Positions 57,984 to 64,000 of a DNA stretch of 64,000 nucleotides are shown here, piece after piece. Below the pieces are notes generated by a model. It was not told the origin of the DNA, made no database searches, and saw nothing but the letters and a program-made list of their open reading frames with translations. The stretch covers positions 498,432 through 562,431 of the forward strand of contig CAWEWK010000005.1 in assembly GCA_963812755.1 (NCBI GenBank), given 5' to 3'. The translations under genes were made by a program, and so were the position numbers. Positions within the stretch are counted from its first letter, which is position 1. Each line of letters opens with the position of its first letter. This DNA is from an uncultured Gemmatimonadales bacterium. GTDB lineage: Bacteria > Gemmatimonadota > Gemmatimonadetes > Gemmatimonadales > GWC2-71-9.

Positions 57984-58658
57984 GCGCAGACCGGCCCGCG
58001 AACAGCGGGGCGGACGGGCAGACCGCTTCGCGCATCACTGCCCTGGCGCCCGATCCCAGGCGCCCGGGGGCGGTGCGGGTGGAACTCGACCACGCCCCGT
58101 TTGGAACGATGGCTCGGGAGACGGTGGCGGCCGAGCAGCTTCAGCTCGGGAGCCCGGTGGACGCGGCACTCCGAGAGCGGCTGGAAGCGGCGGCCGACGC
58201 GGAGGCGGCGTACCGCACCGCGCTCCGGGCTCTGGAGCGGCGGGCCTACGCCAGCGCCGACCTAGGCCGTCGTCTGGCTCGCAAGGGGCACCCGGCCGGG
58301 GCCGTCCGCAGCCGCACTGGAGCGCGCCGCCTCCGCGGGCTTGCTCAACGACGCAGAGTTCGTCCTCAACTACGTGCAGACTCGCTCGGCTCGGGGCCGG
58401 GGTCCATCCCGGCTCACCAGGGACCTTCTGGCAATGGGCATCGAACGGAGGCTCATCGATCGCGCGCTGTCCATCGAGTGGGAAGCCGGCCGAGACCACG
58501 CCGTGCCCCTGGCCCTGGCCACTCGGCGCTCGAGCCAACTGGGAGACCTTCCCCGGCCGGTAAAGCGCCGCCGTCTGTTGGCGTATCTGGCACGGCGAGG
58601 CTTCAGCGGCAGGGAAGTGACCGAGATGGTGGGGAGGCTGATAGCCCATAGCCCATAG
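57980..58658 (+). pseudogene. recX: recX, apparently interrupted by a 1-nt frameshift (or sequencing indel)
   Basis: GTG 57980 overlaps the recA TGA. The RecX-like N-terminal half (…AYRTALRALERRAYASADLGRRLARKGHPAG) is in one frame. The C-terminal half (AAALERAASAGLLNDAEFVLNYVQTRS...) is in the +1 frame. The junction is near 58298-58308. Confidence 0.75.
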
Positions 58659-58669
58659 CCCATAGCCCC
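58637..58669. repeat. heptamer array, solo arm (copy E)
   Basis: GGCTGATAGCCCATAGCCCATAGCCCATAGCCCC has the ATAGCCC variant unit about 4 times. I saw no complementary arm nearby. It overlaps the last recX codons and stop. Confidence 0.8.
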
Positions 58670-58685
58670 ATATACTTTTCCTGCC

Positions 58686-61340
58686 ATGCAGTCTTCCGCC
58701 ATCCGCCGTCTTTTTCTCGATTTCTTCGTCGCAAAGGGGCACCGAGAGGTGCCTTCTTCGTCGTTGGTGCCGGCGGATGACCCCACCCTCCTCTTTACCA
58801 ATGCCGGAATGGTGCAGTTCAAGCGGACCTTTCTGGGGCAGGAGCACCGGGACTATTCCCGCGCCACAACCTGTCAGAAGTGCGTTCGCGCCGGAGGCAA
58901 GCACAACGATCTCGAGCAGGTGGGCCACACCAAACGGCACCACACCTTTTTCGAGATGCTGGGCAACTTCTCGTTCGGCGAGTACTTCAAGCGAGACGCC
59001 ATCGCGTATGCCTGGGAGTTCGTCACCAGCTCCCACTATCTCGGCATCGCCCCGGATCGCCTGCGGGTCACGGTACATCACACTGACGACGAGGCGCGAC
59101 GCTACTGGCGCGAGATCTCCGGGTTGCCCGACCACCGGATCTACGGCCTGGGCGACAAGGACAACTTCTGGCAGATGGGGGACACCGGGCCCTGCGGGCC
59201 CTGCACCGAGATCTACGTAGATGTCGAGGCGCGCGGTGCGTCGTCCGGTGACGTGATCTCCCAAGTCGATTTCGAGCGCCTCGCCGAAGAAGGCCGCTTC
59301 CTGGAGATCTGGAACCTGGTCTTCATGCAGTTCGACCGCGCGGCGGACGGTACCCTTACCCCGCTTCCCCAGCCGTCGGTCGATACCGGGGCCGGGCTGG
59401 AGCGGATCGCGGCGGTGATGCAGGGTGAGGACGACAACTTTCACACCGATCTCTTTCTCCCGCTCATCGATCGGGTCGGTGAGCTGGTCGGTGCCTCCTA
59501 CGACCGTGACGCGGAGAACCGGGCGTCGTACCGGGTGCTGGCTGATCACGCCCGAGCGGTGAGCTTTCTGCTCGCCGACGGGGTGTATCCCAGCAACGAG
59601 GGTCGAGGCTACGTGCTCCGGCGGATCCTCCGCCGGGCGGTGAGGCACGCCTGGCTGCTGGGGCGCCGAGAGCCCACCCTTGCGCCCCTGACCGAGATCG
59701 TGGTCCAGCAGATGGGCGAGGTGTACCCCGAGCTGTCCTCCAAGGGCGGCTACATCCACGAGGTGACCCAAACCGAAGAGCAGCGCTTTCTGGAAACCAT
59801 CGAGGGTGGGCTCCGCCGCCTGGAAGAGATCTTCGGGTCTGGTGCCCGCACTATCTCCGGGGAGGAGGCGTTCAAGCTCTACGACACCTTCGGATTTCCC
59901 ATCGACCTCACCCAGATCATCGCCGGGGAGCGGGGAGTCAGCGTGGACCTCGCTGAATTCGAGCGCTCGCTCGAGGAGCAGCGGGTGAGGTCGAGAGAAG
60001 CCAGGTTGGCGGGGCAGCGGGACAGCGGGGGAGCGCCCGCGGTGCACGTCACCAAGCCGGGAAAGTGGCGGACGGTCAAGCGGGGAAAGCAACGGTTCGT
60101 CGGGTATCAGACTACCGAAGCCGACACCGACGTGCTCGCCTTCCGCCAAGAGGGCCCGCGGGTGGAGCTGATCCTCAAGGAGAATCCCTTCTACGTCGAA
60201 TCCGGCGGACAGGTGAGCGACAGCGGGCGGCTCTCAGGCGAGGACTGGATGCTGGCCGTGGACACGGTGCGGAAGGACCCCAAGGGCACCGTGGTCGGTG
60301 GCAGCTTCGAGGCGGAGTTCGAGCCCGGCGGCCTGCTGGCGGCAGTCGACACGCCGCGGCGCCGGGAGATCGAGCGCAACCACAGCGCCACTCACCTGGT
60401 TCACTACGCGCTGCGGAAGCGGCTCGGCAACCACGTGCGGCAGCAGGGCTCCCTGGTCCAGCCGGAGCGCCTGAGGTTCGACTTCTCCCATCACGGGCCG
60501 ATCGATGCGTCCACCCTGGAGGGCCTGGAGTCGGAGGTGAACGACCTGATACTGGCGAATGAGGTCGTCGCCACCCGTGAGATGCCCTATCGCGATGCGC
60601 TAGAGCTGGGGGCGATGGCGTTCTTTTCCGAGAAGTACGGCGATGTGGTGCGGGTGGTGCAAATGGGTCCTTCGATCGAGCTGTGCGGAGGCACTCACGT
60701 GCGAAGCACCGGTCAGGTGGGAACCTTTCGATTCACCGGCCAGAGCGGTGTCGCGGCTGGTGTCCGGCGGATCGAGGCAGTCACCGGCAGCGGGGCACTG
60801 CGCGTCATCCGGGAGCTGGAGCATCGGCTCAACCGGGTCGCCGAGACCCTCAAGTCTCAACCCGAACATTTGGTGCGCCGAGTCGAGCAACTGGTGGAAG
60901 AACGCCAACGCCTGGAGGCGCGCCTGGCCGACGCGCTGCGCGCCGGCGGGGGAGCCGGGGAGCTCCATGGCGAGATCGTCCACGTCGCCGGGGTGGACCT
61001 TACCATTGCCCAAACCGAGAGCGATGACCGCGCCGAGGTGGGTGAGATCGCCGACCGGTTCCGTGAAGGAAAGCGCAATGCGGTCCTGGTCCTCTTCAGC
61101 ACCGGCGGGAGGGGCGCCATCCACGTCACCCTGACCGACGATCTGGTCAGCTCCGGACGCAAGGCGGGCGATCTGGTCAACCGGATCGCCGCGCTGAGCG
61201 GAGGCAAGGGTGGCGGCCGCCCTCACTTTGCCTCCGCCGGTGCCGGCGACGCCAACAAGCTCAGCGCCGCGCGGGCGGCCACACCCGAACTGGTCTCCGC
61301 CTGGCTCAGCAACCGGCAGGTCGCCGAAGCCGGCGCCTGA
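58686..61340 (+). CDS. alaS: alanine--tRNA ligase
   Basis: FTNAGMVQFK, HTFFEMLGNFSFGEYFK, an editing-domain HxxxH region and a C-terminal DHHA1-like end. Confidence 0.97.
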   Translation: MQSSAIRRLFLDFFVAKGHREVPSSSLVPADDPTLLFTNAGMVQFKRTFLGQEHRDYSRATTCQKCVRAGGKHNDLEQVGHTKRHHTFFEMLGNFSFGEYFKRDAIAYAWEFVTSSHYLGIAPDRLRVTVHHTDDEARRYWREISGLPDHRIYGLGDKDNFWQMGDTGPCGPCTEIYVDVEARGASSGDVISQVDFERLAEEGRFLEIWNLVFMQFDRAADGTLTPLPQPSVDTGAGLERIAAVMQGEDDNFHTDLFLPLIDRVGELVGASYDRDAENRASYRVLADHARAVSFLLADGVYPSNEGRGYVLRRILRRAVRHAWLLGRREPTLAPLTEIVVQQMGEVYPELSSKGGYIHEVTQTEEQRFLETIEGGLRRLEEIFGSGARTISGEEAFKLYDTFGFPIDLTQIIAGERGVSVDLAEFERSLEEQRVRSREARLAGQRDSGGAPAVHVTKPGKWRTVKRGKQRFVGYQTTEADTDVLAFRQEGPRVELILKENPFYVESGGQVSDSGRLSGEDWMLAVDTVRKDPKGTVVGGSFEAEFEPGGLLAAVDTPRRREIERNHSATHLVHYALRKRLGNHVRQQGSLVQPERLRFDFSHHGPIDASTLEGLESEVNDLILANEVVATREMPYRDALELGAMAFFSEKYGDVVRVVQMGPSIELCGGTHVRSTGQVGTFRFTGQSGVAAGVRRIEAVTGSGALRVIRELEHRLNRVAETLKSQPEHLVRRVEQLVEERQRLEARLADALRAGGGAGELHGEIVHVAGVDLTIAQTESDDRAEVGEIADRFREGKRNAVLVLFSTGGRGAIHVTLTDDLVSSGRKAGDLVNRIAALSGGKGGGRPHFASAGAGDANKLSAARAATPELVSAWLSNRQVAEAGA

Positions 61341-61342
61341 GC

Positions 61343-61642
61343 GTGCTTTCCGACTGGTTGGACCGGTACACCAGTCGAGCGCCGGCCGCGCTGCGCAGCA
61401 GGGTCCACGAGTATGCTTTGGCCTTCGAACCGGAGATCGATCTTCCCGATCGGCTCGCAGGCGCCGCCCGGACGGCGTTGAGCCGGGTGTTGGCGCACCC
61501 GGGAGACCGCTCGGTCGCCCTCGACCTCCTCGCCGCGGATGCTTTGATTACTCTGGCCCTCCTCGCCCAATCGCAGACTCGACCCGAGCGGCTGGGCGAG
61601 TTTGCTACCGCCGTGCTTCAGGGCAGGCGCCCTCCGGCGTGA
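61343..61642 (+). CDS. hypothetical protein
   Basis: GTG lies 2 nt after the alaS stop and the gene's own stop overlaps the next start (GTGA). There is no recognisable motif. Coding status rests on position only. Confidence 0.4.
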   Translation: MLSDWLDRYTSRAPAALRSRVHEYALAFEPEIDLPDRLAGAARTALSRVLAHPGDRSVALDLLAADALITLALLAQSQTRPERLGEFATAVLQGRRPPA

Positions 61643-62400
61643 TCGATCTTCACTCGCACCTCCTGCCAGCAGTCGACGACGGCTCCCGCAGCGTGGAGCA
61701 GTCGGTGAAGGTCCTGCACGAGCTCGACCGGCTCGGACTCACCGATGTTTGCCTCACGCCTCACCTCCGGGCCGGCGAAGCGGGTGAAGGACCGCCCGAG
61801 CGCCATGACCGCGCCTACGATGCCCTGATGGCGCAAGCTCCGGCAATGCCGCGACTGCACCGGGGAGCGGAGATCATGCTCGACCGTCCACTGCTGGGAG
61901 AGCCTGCGGCTATTCGTCGAGTCAGTCTGGGCGGTACCCGATACATCCTGGTTGAATTTCCCCGTATGGTGGCGCTCGACACCGTCACCATCGCATTGGG
62001 GCGGGTTCGCGATCTCGGTTTCATCCCGGTGCTGGCGCACCCCGAGCGATACAGCAGTTGCACCCCTGAGTCGGTGGCGCGGTGGCGCGAGCTGGGTGCC
62101 CGGATGCAAGTCGACGCCACGACCCTCCTGTCACCCCAGCCCAGAGGCCAGCGGGCGCGCGCGCTGGTGCGTCACGGTCTGGCGGACATTCTGGCGGGAG
62201 ATAACCACGGCGACGACCGATCGGTGGCGGCCGGCGCCGATTTTCTCCGTGCTCAGGACGGGGCCGAGCAGGCCGACCTGCTGACCGTCCGCAACCCCGG
62301 CGCGATCCTCCGGGACGTGCCGCTGACGCCGGTGCCCCCAATACAAATTCGCAGCACCTGGATGCAGCGGCTTCGCGAGCTGTTCGAGGGAAGCCGGTGA
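61639..62400 (+). CDS. PHP-family protein-tyrosine phosphatase (CpsB/YwqE-like)
   Basis: VIDLHSHLLPAVDDGSRS...CLTPHL and VLAHPERY. GTG 61639 was chosen inside a longer open frame. Confidence 0.8.
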   Translation: MIDLHSHLLPAVDDGSRSVEQSVKVLHELDRLGLTDVCLTPHLRAGEAGEGPPERHDRAYDALMAQAPAMPRLHRGAEIMLDRPLLGEPAAIRRVSLGGTRYILVEFPRMVALDTVTIALGRVRDLGFIPVLAHPERYSSCTPESVARWRELGARMQVDATTLLSPQPRGQRARALVRHGLADILAGDNHGDDRSVAAGADFLRAQDGAEQADLLTVRNPGAILRDVPLTPVPPIQIRSTWMQRLRELFEGSR

Positions 62401-62972
62401 GCCGCGCCCGGATCGAGGAGGGCCTCGAGGCGTTGGCCGAGCTGGCGCGGGAGTGCAAGGGACTGAGCGGGACGGTCGCTCTGGTCGCGGTGCGATATGC
62501 CACCGTGCTGAAGGGCGGGGGAACGCTCTTCTTCTGCGGGAATGGAGGCAGCGCGGCCGATGCCCAGCATCTCGCCGCCGAGTACGTGGTTCGATATAGT
62601 ACGGCGCGATCGGCCTTCGCCGCGATCGCGCTCAGCACCGACAGCTCGATTCTGACCGCCGCCGGAAACGATCTCGGATTCGACCAGATTTTCGCGCGGC
62701 AGGTAGAAGCCCTCGCCCGGAAGGGCGACCTTCTGGTGCTGCACAGCACCAGCGGCGAAAGCCCCAATCTGATAGCGGCCGCGCGGGTGGCCCGGGGCCG
62801 AGGGGTGAGCACGGTAGCCTTTCTGGGGAAAGGCGGCGGCCGGCTCGCCGCCGAAGTAGACCAGGCGATCGTGGTTCCCTCGCAGCAGACCAGCCAGATC
62901 CAATCGATTCACCTCGCGCTGGAGCATCTGATCGTGGAGCTGGTGGAGCAGCAGCTCTCCGACAACTCGTGA
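62397..62972 (+). CDS. gmhA: SIS-domain phosphoheptose isomerase (GmhA/DiaA family)
   Basis: FFCGNGGSAADAQHLAAE and LVLHSTSGESPN. GTGA overlap. Confidence 0.85.
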   Translation: MSRARIEEGLEALAELARECKGLSGTVALVAVRYATVLKGGGTLFFCGNGGSAADAQHLAAEYVVRYSTARSAFAAIALSTDSSILTAAGNDLGFDQIFARQVEALARKGDLLVLHSTSGESPNLIAAARVARGRGVSTVAFLGKGGGRLAAEVDQAIVVPSQQTSQIQSIHLALEHLIVELVEQQLSDNS

Positions 62973-63721
62973 TCGCCCTCAACGGCAAGTCCGCGGTGGT
63001 GACCGGCGCCAGCCGGGGCATCGGCCGGGCTGCTGCACTCCTTCTGGCCCAAGCCGGTGCCAATGTCGGGATCACCTACCACACTCGGGCAACAGAGGCC
63101 GAGGCGGTCGTGGCCGCGATCCGCTCACTGGGCCGCACGGCGTTCGCGGTTGGCGGTGATCACTCCGAGCCCGGAATGATCGACCGGCTGACCGAGCAGG
63201 TGCGCCGGGAGTTCACTACCCTCGACATCTTCGTTGCCAACGCCGGCATCTGGCCTGCCGAGGAGATCCCCCTCGCCGACATGCCAGATCGCCGCTGGCG
63301 GGAAACCATGGCGGCGAACCTGGACGCGACCTACTTGTGCACCCGCGCCGCGCTGCGCCTGATGGCGCCGGGCGGTCGAGTAGTACTCATCTCCAGCACC
63401 GCGGGCCAGCGGGGCGAAGCGGGCCATGCCGATTACGCCGCCACCAAGGGAGCGGTAATCGCATTGACCAAGTCGCTCGCCATCGAGTGCGCCCCCGACA
63501 TCCTGGTAAACTGCGTGGCTCCCGGTTGGGTAGACACCGAAATGGCCGCCCCCGCCTACACCGGCGAGGGTCGAGAGCGAGTCCGGCGATCCATCCCGCT
63601 CCAGCGTATCCCGCCCGCCGAGGACATCGCCGGCCCGATCCTGTTCCTCTGCAGCGACCTCGCCCGGCACGTCACGGGAGAAGTGCTCAATGTGAATGGG
63701 GGGTCGGTACTATGCGGCTGA
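62969..63721 (+). CDS. short-chain dehydrogenase/reductase (FabG-like)
   Basis: VVTGASRGIGRA, NAGI and YAATKGAV. GTGA overlap. Confidence 0.85.
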   Translation: MIALNGKSAVVTGASRGIGRAAALLLAQAGANVGITYHTRATEAEAVVAAIRSLGRTAFAVGGDHSEPGMIDRLTEQVRREFTTLDIFVANAGIWPAEEIPLADMPDRRWRETMAANLDATYLCTRAALRLMAPGGRVVLISSTAGQRGEAGHADYAATKGAVIALTKSLAIECAPDILVNCVAPGWVDTEMAAPAYTGEGRERVRRSIPLQRIPPAEDIAGPILFLCSDLARHVTGEVLNVNGGSVLCG

Positions 63722-63743
63722 AGCGGAACCCGGCCCGGGTGGC

Positions 63744-64000
63744 ATGATCCATCTCCTCTTCACCGGCGGCACCATCTCGATGCAGCGCGATCCTGCCGCC
63801 GGCGGGAACGTCCCCGCGCATGCGGGAGAGGCCTTGGTCGGCTTTGCGCCGGAACTCCAGGGGATCACGCCGTTCCGGATCGAGAATTGGGCCCGGGTGC
63901 CGGCCTGCCATCTCGGGCCAGACCGGTTATGGGCTCTGAGGGGACGAGTTCGAGAGATCGCCCAGTCGGGGGAGGTGTCCGGGATCGTGGTGACTCATGG
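63744..64000 (+). CDS. L-asparaginase, 3' end outside window
   Basis: MIHLLFTGGTISM (the TGGTI catalytic Thr motif) and IVVTHG. The frame is open to the window end. Confidence 0.8.
   Translation, partial: MIHLLFTGGTISMQRDPAAGGNVPAHAGEALVGFAPELQGITPFRIENWARVPACHLGPDRLWALRGRVREIAQSGEVSGIVVTH

Noticed and set aside
58035-60149. A 704-aa ORF on the minus strand, antisense to recX and alaS.
   Set aside because: The reasoning is the same. AlaS on the plus strand is certain and the antisense frame has low-complexity, GC-driven composition.

Overview
This is a 64-kb, visibly GC-rich, densely coding bacterial chromosomal segment. It holds about 60 genes, nearly all on the + strand, and many are joined by 1-, 4- or 8-nt stop/start overlaps (GTGA, ATGA). 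The content is core housekeeping of a diderm bacterium: sugar-nucleotide enzymes, BamD, NadD, SecA, RadC, Rel/SpoT, UvrB, TsaE/TsaB/RimI, SSB, a TolQ-TolR-TolA-TolB-Pal-CpoB cluster, TatA, PpiD, a polyprenyl synthase, AroQ-PepP-EF-P-AccB-(PilT)-AccC, FtsK, RecA-RecX-AlaS, GmhA and an SDR. A Gemmatimonadota-like origin is only a guess from gene style. I recognised no rRNA, tRNA, CRISPR array, transposase, integrase or phage genes. Six things stand out. (1) One uninterrupted 1169-codon ORF joins a complete TatC to a complete, signal-peptide-bearing LptD at the end of the Tol-Pal operon. (2) A minus-strand two-gene unit couples a protein that has a CorA-type GMN pore and a roughly 440-aa unrecognised N-terminal region to a divergent MurE-like ligase. 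(3) A dispersed family of inverted heptamer-array repeats (GCTATCG / CGATAGC units) occupies five intergenic sites, four of them beside DNA-repair genes. (4) There are two apparent single-base frameshifts, one in the N-terminus of a SARP/BTAD-Ser/Thr kinase and one in recX. (5) Three small lipoproteins are paralogous. (6) pilT is wedged between accB and accC. All product calls rest on motif recognition by eye; no database search or computation was possible.
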